A DNA stretch of 64,000 nucleotides from a virus. Its lineage: Duplodnaviria > Caudoviricetes. Below are positions 48,494 to 57,987 of this stretch, in pieces. The DNA is taken from positions 9,240-73,239 of IMG/VR virus record IMGVR_UViG_3300017700_000409; one strand, given 5' to 3'. Position 1 is the first letter of the stretch. Each line of letters opens with the position of its first letter. The position numbers were made by a program, and so were the translations under genes. The notes under the pieces were generated by a model, which was not told where the DNA came from, did no database searches, and was given only the letters and a program-made list of their open reading frames with translations.

Positions 48494-49014
48494 AGAGCCC
48501 CTATCTGTGCCCCAGAAAACTTATCAACCCATTCATCGTCAGCTTCACGAGTTATCATAATTTTCCCCTTCTCTACAACTTGATAAAATTCCGGGGCTAT
48601 CCTTGCTTTCTGATAATTCCGAAAAGTCTTTATAGAAACCCCTCTCAATAAGCACCATTCCTTTAATGATAGAGATAATCCAATTTTATGACGAAGTTTT
48701 ATCTCATCAATATTCTCTTTCGTCTCGCTCTGTTTATCAAAACCTAATCTCTCAATCATTTTCTTAAGATTAAGTGGTGTAACGTCAAACCATTCACCAT
48801 GGAGACGATAAGAAGAAAAATTTTCATGTATAACAGTTTCAATCCTCCTCAAGTCAGAATTAGGAGGGAACTTAAACACATGAAATATTTTCAATACAAC
48901 AGGGGACCCAACCTGAAGTTCACGAAGTCTCTGGGCAACAGACTTCTTCCTAGTTGATCCAATCTTAGTTGGGGCGCGACCTGTCGCTGCGGCAATAAGA
49001 TAAATCCCACTCAT
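48490..49014 (-). CDS. GIY-YIG (T5orf172/MUG113-like) nuclease with C-terminal HTH
   Basis: GIYLI..KIGST..RLRELQVG..E..IH..RLHGEWF motif; lower GC than neighbours. Confidence 0.75.
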   Translation of the reverse strand: MSGIYLIAAATGRAPTKIGSTRKKSVAQRLRELQVGSPVVLKIFHVFKFPPNSDLRRIETVIHENFSSYRLHGEWFDVTPLNLKKMIERLGFDKQSETKENIDEIKLRHKIGLSLSLKEWCLLRGVSIKTFRNYQKARIAPEFYQVVEKGKIMITREADDEWVDKFSGAQIGAL

Positions 49015-49015
49015 A

Positions 49016-50593
49016 TCAAAACTCCTCGGTCCCGCCCTTCTTCGCGGCTGTGCCTGTCGCCTTCGTGTCCGGGGCCTTGGGCGAAGGCAACTCCCAAAGG
49101 TTCATAGGCTTACCCCCGACCTTCTTGACGTTACTCGACCCGCCTTTATCCTGGAGCATACGGTAGACCGATTGCCTAGAACGCCCATAGTCAACTCTTC
49201 GTTGATCGAGATAGGTAAAAAGGTCCACAGAGCGGAAATAAATAAATTTCCCGTCATTGTGTGGGCGCCCAGTCCATACTTCATCGAGGGTTTTGGCTTG
49301 GGCCTTTTGGAGACAAAACATCTCAATGTGATCCCAGAGCAATCCCTTCGGGCCTGCCTCAACGGGGAGTTGTATTATGTCGGCTCCTAGTACCATCTCC
49401 CCTAGCGTCTTAATCCACTGGGCTGGCGGAAGGTGGACGGGTATGATGCCTAGCTCGCCTAGACAATACTTGTTGAAGCTGTCGCGGTTGTAGAGCGTTT
49501 CGTTGTCCATGAAGAGCCGCGAGCCCGCAACTTCTAATCCCCACCACACTGGATCGCCAGGGGACGTTATGTAACGGGTCATGCCGCCTATCTCTAGGAC
49601 GCCCTTGCGCGTCTCGCCAATTCCATACTCACGCTTGAGGCACTCTGGCTTATTACAAAAGTCACATATGGGCGCTTCTTCGCATTTGTATTTGTACTCT
49701 TTCTTAGAGACTGACTTGCGTATCTCGTTAATCTCGTTCTTAGAGAGAAGAGGCTTGCAAAACTCAGCGTTGTATTCGTCCAGCTTGTGTTCCCAGTCAC
49801 CCGGGAAGCGGGACTTTAGGTACACAGCAACATCAAACATCCCATCGTTGCGCGTCCCGTCCGGAAAGCCACCATCTTCGTGCAGTATCTGGAGGCAAGG
49901 CGGGGCCTCAAAGAGAAGTGTATCACCCTCGGGGCGCTTGAGGGCTTTTGTCTTTACGTTATCGAAGGTGACCTTTGACTTTTCCGCGCGGTCGAGGAAG
50001 GCCCCTAGTTCGGCTTTCTCGCCGTCTAGGATGCCGTAGCGGTTACAGTCTTTCCCGAATGCCCCGAAATAGGGCATGTTGATCCAATTGCCGAAGTCCT
50101 CGGGGGAGCCGCGCCCACTCTGCTTGGGGAATATCTCGCACCCGCCAAACCCAAGCTCAGCAGACCAATCGGCTAAACGCTCGCGGACCTTCGCGGCCTC
50201 GACTGGCTTTTTGAAGAAGATATAGAGGTGAGCGCCACCCGACTTAGAGCGGCATATCAGCAGCGGATATTTCTTCGCCTTTATCTTCGCTTCGAGCTTC
50301 TTGTGATTGATGTCGTTTTGGTCGATGTCGAGGGCTGACCAAAGTACGCAATTGTCGGCCATCAAGGGTATAACACCCATAGCATCAGACGGGGAGGCCC
50401 CGAAGAGGTGCTTTATATAGTCCTCTAGGGTTGCGCCGCGCTTGTGGGTGATGGCGCGGCCTTTGACTTTGCCGTTAGCTTCTTTGGTCTTTATCTCGTA
50501 GGTGCCGAAGGCTTCTTCATAGCCCGCGAAGAGAGCGGAGAAGCGCAAAGCCAGCGCGTTCTGCTCATCCGTCATGGATGGTTTCTTTGCCAT
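49016..50593 (-). CDS. AEP-family primase with PriCT domain
   Basis: LDID, RSKSGGAHLY, EIFPKQ and GNWINMP motifs; GTRNDGMF; Cys cluster CEEAPICDFCNKPEC. Confidence 0.85.
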   Translation of the reverse strand: MAKKPSMTDEQNALALRFSALFAGYEEAFGTYEIKTKEANGKVKGRAITHKRGATLEDYIKHLFGASPSDAMGVIPLMADNCVLWSALDIDQNDINHKKLEAKIKAKKYPLLICRSKSGGAHLYIFFKKPVEAAKVRERLADWSAELGFGGCEIFPKQSGRGSPEDFGNWINMPYFGAFGKDCNRYGILDGEKAELGAFLDRAEKSKVTFDNVKTKALKRPEGDTLLFEAPPCLQILHEDGGFPDGTRNDGMFDVAVYLKSRFPGDWEHKLDEYNAEFCKPLLSKNEINEIRKSVSKKEYKYKCEEAPICDFCNKPECLKREYGIGETRKGVLEIGGMTRYITSPGDPVWWGLEVAGSRLFMDNETLYNRDSFNKYCLGELGIIPVHLPPAQWIKTLGEMVLGADIIQLPVEAGPKGLLWDHIEMFCLQKAQAKTLDEVWTGRPHNDGKFIYFRSVDLFTYLDQRRVDYGRSRQSVYRMLQDKGGSSNVKKVGGKPMNLWELPSPKAPDTKATGTAAKKGGTEEF

Positions 50594-50638
50594 ATATCCC
50601 TAGTCCTTATATAAGCAGCTGCGAGTGAATGTGCGCGC

Positions 50639-51004
50639 TTAAAAGACAACCGGGATTTTTTCGGGGATGTAAGTGAACTCGCCTGTGGGCTGGCCCTTGC
50701 TCCGGTCGATGTGCTTAGAGAAGCGCAGCCACATGAAGTGAGGAATGCTCAGCTTTGCTAGAGCAATGCCGACCATCAGCGGGGCGAGGGGATCGCCGAT
50801 GGCCCAGAGGATATAATCATTCCAATGATCGAAGTTTTTCAGACCCTTCTCAATCTCCCCGAGAACCAGGAGAGGATTTTGAGATGCCTTGACGTCTTCG
50901 TGGAGGAGAGATTTGATTGTGCCGAACTTGCGGGCAGGATCAAGATTGATTGGTGATGCGCGGTTCTTCTGACGTGGTTCTTGAACGAGATAGACTGTAG
51001 GCAT
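50639..51004 (-). CDS. Hypothetical alpha/beta protein, paralogue of 27731-28093
   Basis: See paralogue; directly upstream of primase. Confidence 0.65.
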   Translation of the reverse strand: MPTVYLVQEPRQKNRASPINLDPARKFGTIKSLLHEDVKASQNPLLVLGEIEKGLKNFDHWNDYILWAIGDPLAPLMVGIALAKLSIPHFMWLRFSKHIDRSKGQPTGEFTYIPEKIPVVF

Positions 51005-51030
51005 AATTATTTCCCCAAGTTATAGAAACG

Positions 51031-51070
51031 AAAAAGCAGCACTCATAACTGGTCCCAACCAGAGTGCTGC
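51031..51070 (-). terminator. Intrinsic terminator
   Basis: GCAGCACTC/GAGTGCTGC stem with U-run on minus strand. Confidence 0.7.
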
Positions 51071-51385
51071 CTTCTCAATATAGCGCCCCGTCACATGACG
51101 GTCCTTGCTTCGGGGCAGTTCAGGCCTTCTAGGATTTCGAGCAATCCCCAGGGGCATCATCAGGGTGGGGGAGGAGAAAGTCAAAAGTCCAGTGCCGCGA
51201 CCTACGCCTAGTTAGCCTCCGGAAAATGAGAAAGGGAAGAGGTTAGTAAAAAGGCCCGAGGCTTCGGGGTTTCCGGCCCCTCCCGGGGGCGTAGGGGAGT
51301 GGATAGGGCTTCGCGGCTCGGGATAGACCGGCCCCGGGGGAGATGTGCGCCTGCAGGCCTTAAAAATGGCGCGGGAGGGGAGGGA

Positions 51386-51859
51386 TTAAGCGGGCTCTTC
51401 CATTAGATCGAAGTCCTCGATGCGGGCTGTAGTCTCGGGGAAGACGTGGGGCTTGAACCAATACTTCGGGCCGTCACCTCTTACCATGTTTTCCATATGT
51501 GTGACTGCCTCTAGGTGATCTGGATTAGCGCACTGACGGACTTTACAAAGATGATCAACCACTAGGCCTTTAGGAACTTCTTTCCCATGGAACAGTTTCC
51601 AAGCCGCCCGGTGAATATATTCGCACCTACCCTCAAACCATATCTTAACGTGGGACTTATCTTCGCCCTTGCCGTTGTCGGCACTGCCTTCATATATCCA
51701 GCACCCACAATGCGGGATTGTGAAGCAACGGTTGAAAATATCCTCTAGGGTCTTGATTGGGGGATTAACGTTCACCGGGAATTTTCCTTCCAATGCGGCG
51801 GAAATTCTTATTACGCTTTGCGATACGAGCGTCAAATTTATCGAGGCCCCTGCGGGCAT
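51386..51859 (-). CDS. HNH endonuclease (start uncertain)
   Basis: CGCWIY, HRAAW, VDHLCKVRQCANPDHLEAVTHMENM. Confidence 0.85.
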   Translation of the reverse strand: MPAGASINLTLVSQSVIRISAALEGKFPVNVNPPIKTLEDIFNRCFTIPHCGCWIYEGSADNGKGEDKSHVKIWFEGRCEYIHRAAWKLFHGKEVPKGLVVDHLCKVRQCANPDHLEAVTHMENMVRGDGPKYWFKPHVFPETTARIEDFDLMEEPA

Positions 51860-52220
51860 CGTAAGGTTCGCGCTCGATAGTGCGCTTGATCTCTTGGGCC
51901 TTCGCTTCTTTCATCCCGCGCTTCCTCGCTAGCCAATATGCCTTATTCGCTCGCACTTCAAGAAGGTCTTTCGCTGCGGCGTGACGTCTCCGGAGAAGGG
52001 CGCGATGGAGTACTGCTTTTAGGTCATCGTCCTTTAGCGTTTCGCGAATTGCCTTCACGAGAGACACTAGGTTGTCTTCATTGAAGAGAACTAGCTCAAT
52101 TTCATGGCGGAGATATTTGTACATCCTGTCCATCTCCCGCTCCACCCGTTCTTGCGGGGTGATCAGGTAATCTTTTACTTCGTATTTTTCGAGACGGTCA
52201 GGGAATTTAGTTTTGGGCAT
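51765..52220 (-). CDS. Hypothetical basic protein
   Basis: 151-aa ORF overlapping neighbours. Confidence 0.55.
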   Translation of the reverse strand: MPKTKFPDRLEKYEVKDYLITPQERVEREMDRMYKYLRHEIELVLFNEDNLVSLVKAIRETLKDDDLKAVLHRALLRRRHAAAKDLLEVRANKAYWLARKRGMKEAKAQEIKRTIEREPYDARRGLDKFDARIAKRNKNFRRIGRKIPGER

Positions 52221-52599
52221 TTTGTTTTCTCTTTTCTTCCCGCTTCTCAAAAGCACGCTGCCTTTGTTCTAGTTTCATTTTGAAAATGTTAAGTTCACTT
52301 CTTAGATTTCCTCTTATCTCTTTGCTTAGGGTCCTGTCTTTCAGTTTATCTTCAATCAACCTAATCCATTTAAGAAGCCCGCCAAATGTTCCATTCCTTC
52401 TTTTAGCGTCCATGTTCTTTGGATCGCTATGCCACTTCTTCATACGCGCGGATTGTTCCATTTTATTTCGAGGGTCTTTCCAATACCTTTGCCTTCCCAT
52501 TTTTACCGCAGCAGACCAGTGCCTCTTAAATGAGGGATTTTTGTGAAGCTCTTTCATTCTCTGAGACTGTTCCAACGCGGCCTTCGATCCTTTTTTCAT
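52207..52599 (-). CDS. Basic helical-repeat (NUMOD-like) protein
   Basis: Repeated S.RMK..H/W..P units; SD GGAG. Confidence 0.5.
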   Translation of the reverse strand: MKKGSKAALEQSQRMKELHKNPSFKRHWSAAVKMGRQRYWKDPRNKMEQSARMKKWHSDPKNMDAKRRNGTFGGLLKWIRLIEDKLKDRTLSKEIRGNLRSELNIFKMKLEQRQRAFEKREEKRKQNAQN

Positions 52600-53144
52600 T
52601 CTCTTCGCTCCAAGGCTAGCGGGACGGATAATATATACTAAAGCCTTGAACTATTTTAAGGACGCTGATGGGAGGAAAAGGAGGTGAGGCCGGTACGGTA
52701 ATACTAGGGAAAGGCAGATATAGTTTTTTTCTATAACTATCTTGATTTTGTATCGTGTATAACCTGTAGTGGTACTTAACCCATAAACATAAGGCTAAGT
52801 TACAGGTTATAGAGAAGGTTATAGCAGTTATTCAATAACTTGGGAGAAGATGTAGATGATACGGGGATTAGTTTAGTTATGGTTGTAAAAAAATTCGCTA
52901 TTCTCCAGTGGGTCCTCGTTCATGTAAAAAATATATATCTGGCTTTCTCGCGTATATAACCGGAGACGCTTCCCCGTCTCTCCAATGATTTCGCGGCGAT
53001 GTTGTACTTTTTCTGGGTATAACCCTTATAATCACTGAGCAACTTGTGGGTGTGATTTCGCTGGTTCAAACCAATTCACATCACCACAAAGCTATTCCCC
53101 GTACTGGCTAACGTTTATCCTCCTGCCCTATTGATTAGTGACTG
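52600..53144. promoter_or_regulatory. AT-rich divergent control region with TATAACC/GGTTATA repeats (candidate origin, pac or promoters)
   Basis: Longest non-coding gap between divergent blocks; TATAACC at 52758, 52955, 53018; GGTTATA at 52805, 52817. Confidence 0.5.
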
Positions 53145-53741
53145 ATGCGGGCGGGGGCCGAAACCAAATTGAATGAGCATTTCGTAATTGAAACGAATAT
53201 GATGAGTGAGGCACTCGCTCAAAGTGAAGTTTCAAATCTCGGCTTTGACGTCACGTGGTTGAATACCAGAATTGAATTAAGAACCAAAAACGGAAGACGG
53301 GTGATCATCACCTCGCTCTTCCCATCCTACATCTTCGTAGCATTCGACCGTAGACAGAACTATTGGAAACGCATAATACAATGCCGAGGTGTTAAGCAAA
53401 TCCTCGGCTCCACACCCGATAAACCTCAACCATTGCCCGCTGGAGCTTTAGACTTAATCCGGTCACGGTTCGCGGCAGGTGAGTTTTCGGGGGTGGAGCC
53501 GAAGGAGAAGAAGACCGAAGAACCAAAACGTGTGCTACAACGTCGCGTTGAAGAAGGTGACTTGGTCTTAGTCGAGATGGGAAGCCTGGGCGGAAAGGTT
53601 TCTGGGGTTTGTACGATGAGCGCCAAGGACAGAGTGAAAGTCCTAATGGAGTTCATGGGTGGGTTACGCCAGTTGGAATTTGCTTCCTCTCGCGTAACAT
53701 TAGCAACTAGCAATATATCAAAACAACTTGAACTAGCCTAG
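53145..53741 (+). CDS. NusG/RfaH-family transcription antiterminator
   Basis: HFVIET..E..A...GFD, SLFPSYIFVAF, CRGVKQILG (NGN) and GDLVLV..GSLGG..SG (KOW). Confidence 0.8.
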   Translation: MRAGAETKLNEHFVIETNMMSEALAQSEVSNLGFDVTWLNTRIELRTKNGRRVIITSLFPSYIFVAFDRRQNYWKRIIQCRGVKQILGSTPDKPQPLPAGALDLIRSRFAAGEFSGVEPKEKKTEEPKRVLQRRVEEGDLVLVEMGSLGGKVSGVCTMSAKDRVKVLMEFMGGLRQLEFASSRVTLATSNISKQLELA

Positions 53742-53836
53742 CTAGCATCGACAGGCCACCTTGCCCTCGGGCAATCCAACCTCACGTGTGTAGCTCGGCC
53801 CTACCAACTTCCAGAACTAATGGGAGAGCGTGAGCA

Positions 53837-54487
53837 ATGGCCAAACCCGCACGGAAGCCAAAGCCCAAGACCAAAGCTAAAGCGAAGGCGACAAAGAAGC
53901 CAGACGGCCCGAAGATCAAAAACAACTTCGTGTCCAGACGCCACCATGCCGCGTCATTAGGCAAGCGTCCCCCGGTCGAGGGTGCTGAGCTTATCCTTCC
54001 TAAAGCCAAGGCTGGGCGCCCTTCTCTCTACAAACCTGAAATTTATTGGCCTATCCTTGAGCGCATCTCGGCAGGTGAAAGTCTCATCCGCATTTGCGCG
54101 GAAGAAGGCCAGCCTGATGCGAATACAGTAAATGGCTGGGTTACTCGATATCCAGAGTTCAAAGAGAAATACAAAGAAGCTCTGGCCCTTCGCACCCATC
54201 ACTGGGCTGAACAGCTTGTCGAGATTGCCGACACTCCTGAGATAATGGAGAAGGTGATCACGAAGACGGGCGGCAAGGAAGGCGACACCGAACAGGTCAT
54301 CAGTGGCGATGCTGTTGAGCACCGCAAGCTCCGGATCGAAACCCGGTTGAAGATGATGGCGCGCCACAATCGCGCGGAGTATGGGGAGAAGGTTGAGACT
54401 TCTGGCACAATGGAACATAACCACACCATCAAGGTTATCCGGATGCATGCTGTGAAGCCGAAGCCTTGGATTGAACATGAGGGATGA
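53837..54487 (+). CDS. terS: Terminase small subunit
   Basis: GRPSLY...ILERISAGESL..IC HTH; EQLVEIAD; RKLRIETR..YGEK. Confidence 0.85.
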   Translation: MAKPARKPKPKTKAKAKATKKPDGPKIKNNFVSRRHHAASLGKRPPVEGAELILPKAKAGRPSLYKPEIYWPILERISAGESLIRICAEEGQPDANTVNGWVTRYPEFKEKYKEALALRTHHWAEQLVEIADTPEIMEKVITKTGGKEGDTEQVISGDAVEHRKLRIETRLKMMARHNRAEYGEKVETSGTMEHNHTIKVIRMHAVKPKPWIEHEG

Positions 54488-55808
54488 GAAAGCAGAAGCC
54501 GAAATCTCTGATAAGGAAGCGTTGGATTGGGATTACGCTGAAGCATTCAAACCGCTGATTGATCCGAGACGCTACAAAGGCGCGCGAGGTGGGCGTGGTT
54601 CTGGTAAGTCTCACTTCGTTGCTGAGCGTCTTGTGCTTGACTGTATTGAAGAGCACCACCGCGTTGCTTGTATGCGCGAGTTTCAATCTTCAATATCTGA
54701 GTCAGCGAAAAGAACCATTGAAGATAAGATTGCGAAGTTCAAGCTAAGTAAGCTCTTCAAGATCACAGACAATGAGATCAGAGGGCCGAATGACTCGCTG
54801 TTCATCTTCAAGGGTCTTCACGGACATACCGCTGAATCCATTAAATCACTGGAAGGGTTCACAAGGCTTTGGGTTGAAGAAGCTCAAACAATCTCTCAAA
54901 ACTCGCTTGATCTTGCGATCCCAACTTTCCGCCAGCATCCTGGCCTCGCCATACCTGAACTTTACTTTACGTGGAACCCGGGCAAGCCGACTGACCCAAT
55001 TGAGACGATGTTCGCGGAAAACTCGGGTGACCCCGACTATGCCTGCGTCACCGTAAACTTCCGGCACAATCCTTGGTTCCCGGATGACTTGAAGAAGGAC
55101 ATCGCACGCGACAAGCGCCGCAACAAAGACAAGTACACGCATATCTGGTTGGGTGGATATAAGAACGCTTCCGAGGCGCGTGTATTTAGTAACTGGCGTG
55201 TTGAATATTTCGAGACGCCCGCTGACGCTCGCTTCTACTATGGCGCTGACTGGGGCTTCTCGATTGACCCGACAGTGCTGGTGCGTTGCTTCATCGACCA
55301 CAAAAAGAAAATCCTGTACGTTGACTATGAAGCGTACAAGGTTGGATGTAAGCTAAAGCAAACGCCCGCTCTCTTTGATCTGGTTCCCAATAGCCGCAAG
55401 TGGTCGATTGTTGCCGATAGCGCACGACCCGAGACGATTGACTTGATGAAGGATGAGGGCTTCAAGATCGAGCCCGCTATCAAAGGGCCCAACTCCGTCA
55501 TTGACGGGGTCGAGTTCCTTCAAGACTATGACATCATCGTTCATCCTCGGTGCGTGTACGTTGCCGATGAACTGGCGTTCTATTCGTATAAGACCGATAA
55601 GAAGACCAATGAAGTGCTGCCGCAACTCGAAGACAAGAAGAACCATGTCATTGATGCCTTGCGCTATGCGGTTGAGAGCGTGAGGCACTCAAAGGATATA
55701 TCAGTGTCAGATGGCTTTGTGGTGGCTCTCGATCAATTGACGAAGCGGGGTGGTGGAGGTGGACGTTTCCACGCTCCCCAACGGAACATCATCCGGAGAG
55801 GAAGATGA
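54471..55808 (+). CDS. terL: Terminase large subunit (PBSX-like, headful type)
   Basis: GGRGSGKS, WVEEA, ADWGF..DPT, ADSARPE, NHVIDALRY. Confidence 0.95.
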   Translation: MNMRDEKAEAEISDKEALDWDYAEAFKPLIDPRRYKGARGGRGSGKSHFVAERLVLDCIEEHHRVACMREFQSSISESAKRTIEDKIAKFKLSKLFKITDNEIRGPNDSLFIFKGLHGHTAESIKSLEGFTRLWVEEAQTISQNSLDLAIPTFRQHPGLAIPELYFTWNPGKPTDPIETMFAENSGDPDYACVTVNFRHNPWFPDDLKKDIARDKRRNKDKYTHIWLGGYKNASEARVFSNWRVEYFETPADARFYYGADWGFSIDPTVLVRCFIDHKKKILYVDYEAYKVGCKLKQTPALFDLVPNSRKWSIVADSARPETIDLMKDEGFKIEPAIKGPNSVIDGVEFLQDYDIIVHPRCVYVADELAFYSYKTDKKTNEVLPQLEDKKNHVIDALRYAVESVRHSKDISVSDGFVVALDQLTKRGGGGGRFHAPQRNIIRRGR

Positions 55809-56119
55809 GAGGAAATTGGTCTAGGCGCACCGTCCTAATTGACGGCAACCGCATCGACTTCACTTTGGCAGAATGGTTCTTGTTCCGTGAGCTTTTGGCG
55901 GAGCGGGGCACGCCAATTGATTCACTCTCGCTTCACAACAGGATGTATAACCACAGGCGAGATGGCGGACCAAGCTTGAATACAATGGCGAAACACATGG
56001 ATGCGGTTCGTAAGAAGTTAGAACCCACCCGCTTCCGCATTCCCAAGATAAGGGGAACCGGGTGCTTCCAAGGCGGACGATGGATCAAACTCGAAAGGCT
56101 TGAATATGCTCAAGCGTAA
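55805..56119 (+). CDS. Stand-alone OmpR/PhoB-type winged-helix DNA-binding domain
   Basis: IDFTLAEWFLFREL...SLNTMAKHMDAVRKKL...IPKIRGTG; no receiver domain. Confidence 0.7.
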   Translation: MRGNWSRRTVLIDGNRIDFTLAEWFLFRELLAERGTPIDSLSLHNRMYNHRRDGGPSLNTMAKHMDAVRKKLEPTRFRIPKIRGTGCFQGGRWIKLERLEYAQA

Positions 56120-57812
56120 AGCCATCCCAAGAAAACAAAAGACGCGAGCCATAGCAAAGCCCAAGCCACAAGCGGGCTTCGTGATGACTGTCGCGCAAAA
56201 GCTTCAGAACCTTCTCGATGGCTTAAGGGGGATGGCGTCTGAAAAGTTCTCCCGTCGCAAGATGTTTGAAATCCACCAGCCTTTCCCCGGTGTCGTTCCC
56301 GTCAGCACCAAGAAGGAAACGCTTTTAGCTATGGACAATGCCATCGGGTCCATGAGCTCATTTGCTTTCGCCATGGGCGGTTGGGACCAAGCCGGGTTCC
56401 TAGGTTACGCCTTCTTATCCGAGTTGTCGCAGATAACTGAATACCGCCGTCCCGCTGAAATCCTCGCCAACGAGATGACGCGTAAGTGGGGCAAGCTTGT
56501 TTCAACATCCGATGATGAAGCCAGCAAGCGCAAGCTCAAAGAACTGGAAGATGATCTCAAGAAGTTCAATGTCCAGGAAGTCTTCGGCATCGCTTTCGAG
56601 TTGGACAACTTCTTCGGCATCGGGCATATCTACATTGACGTAGGCACCGAGGGCGAGGAACTAAAGTCCCCGTTGCTGATCAACAAGACCAAGATTGGAG
56701 TGGGAACGCTCAAGGCACTACGGCCTGTTGAGCCGATGTGGACATATCCGAATGTCTACAATGCGAACAATCCGCTGAAGGATCAGTTCTATGATCCTGA
56801 GACGTGGTTTGTGATGGGGACTGAAGTCAACAAGTCGAGACTGTTGCGCTTCATCTCGCGCCCCATTCCCGATATGCTCAAACCAGCATACTTGTTCGGT
56901 GGTGTATCGCTGACGCAGCTTATGGAGCCCTACGTCAACAACTGGCTCCAGACCCGTCAAAGCGTTTCGGAAATCACCCGCAATTATTCAACGCCTGTCC
57001 TTAAGACGGACATGGACCAGATGACACAGACGCAAGGCGCGCAAGTCGTTGCGAACCGTGCTGCTGTCTATAACATTATGCGCACCAACCAAGGTCTTCT
57101 GGTGTGCGACAAGGAGAAGGAAGACTTTGAAATTGTCTCGGCCTCTCTCTCTGGCTTAAGCGAGCTACAGGCCCAGGCAATTGAGCAAATGGCATTCCCC
57201 GCCGGCATCCCTTTGGTGAAGCTCCTCGGGGTTACGCCCTCGGGACTTAATGCTAGCTCTGATGGCGAAGTGCGTACGTTCTATGACTCGATTGCCTCAC
57301 TCCAGGAGAAAGTAGGCACGCCAAACTTGATGAAGATCATCGAGATACTTCAACTAAACCGCTATGGGGTTATTGACCCGGGCATCAAGTGGGAGTGGGC
57401 TCAGCTTTGGGAACTGGACGAAGAGAAGAAGGCGGCATTGCGTAAGACGGATGCCGAAACTGACGTCATCTACCTTGAAGCGGGCATTCTTGATGGGAAG
57501 GCAATCCTCGATAAGCTCTCATCTGACCCTGACTCAAGGTATGCTGGACTTGACCTTGGGGAACTGCCTGATCCGCTCGCTGCGGGCCAGAACGACTTGA
57601 GCCTTGAGGATGTTGTTGGGGAAGTGTCTGCTAAGTCTATCCTCAAGGATGAAGAGGATGATCCGAGGGAGACACGCCAAGGAAGAGCAGCGCCAGAGCC
57701 GAGGCCCGCAAGGACAGCCGAGGAAGCGCGACCCGCTGAGCACCAGCCACCGGGCCGTGGCGAGGAAAGAAACGCAGGAAGAAGTTTAGCTGAAAGGAAA
57801 CCACTGAGATGA
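56100..57812 (+). CDS. Portal protein (DUF1073 type)
   Basis: FLGYAFLSELSQ, TRKW, LFGGVSL, SLSGLSEL, GIPLVKLLG.TPSGLNASSDGE. Confidence 0.9.
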   Translation: MNMLKRKAIPRKQKTRAIAKPKPQAGFVMTVAQKLQNLLDGLRGMASEKFSRRKMFEIHQPFPGVVPVSTKKETLLAMDNAIGSMSSFAFAMGGWDQAGFLGYAFLSELSQITEYRRPAEILANEMTRKWGKLVSTSDDEASKRKLKELEDDLKKFNVQEVFGIAFELDNFFGIGHIYIDVGTEGEELKSPLLINKTKIGVGTLKALRPVEPMWTYPNVYNANNPLKDQFYDPETWFVMGTEVNKSRLLRFISRPIPDMLKPAYLFGGVSLTQLMEPYVNNWLQTRQSVSEITRNYSTPVLKTDMDQMTQTQGAQVVANRAAVYNIMRTNQGLLVCDKEKEDFEIVSASLSGLSELQAQAIEQMAFPAGIPLVKLLGVTPSGLNASSDGEVRTFYDSIASLQEKVGTPNLMKIIEILQLNRYGVIDPGIKWEWAQLWELDEEKKAALRKTDAETDVIYLEAGILDGKAILDKLSSDPDSRYAGLDLGELPDPLAAGQNDLSLEDVVGEVSAKSILKDEEDDPRETRQGRAAPEPRPARTAEEARPAEHQPPGRGEERNAGRSLAERKPLR

Positions 57813-57970
57813 TTAAGGGCAATCGAGGCAAGGTTACATCAAAGGATGCCGCTTGGATCGCCAAGCACAAGCGCAAGAACCAGGAAGTGCGGTCAACGAA
57901 GAATGGACACCCATACGCAGTTCTTCGGGCTTCGGTTATGAAGAAGCGCAACCCATTCAATAAACGTTAG
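57809..57970 (+). CDS. Small very basic protein (53 aa)
   Basis: ATGA overlap with portal stop; Lys/Arg-rich. Not in the ORF track (short). Confidence 0.4.
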   Translation: MIKGNRGKVTSKDAAWIAKHKRKNQEVRSTKNGHPYAVLRASVMKKRNPFNKR

Positions 57971-57987
57971 TCGGGTGGGGATAGGCG

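Noticed and set aside
52600-53144. CtrA boxes (TTAA-N7-TTAA) in control regions
   Set aside because: Only half-sites were seen; no full match found by eye.
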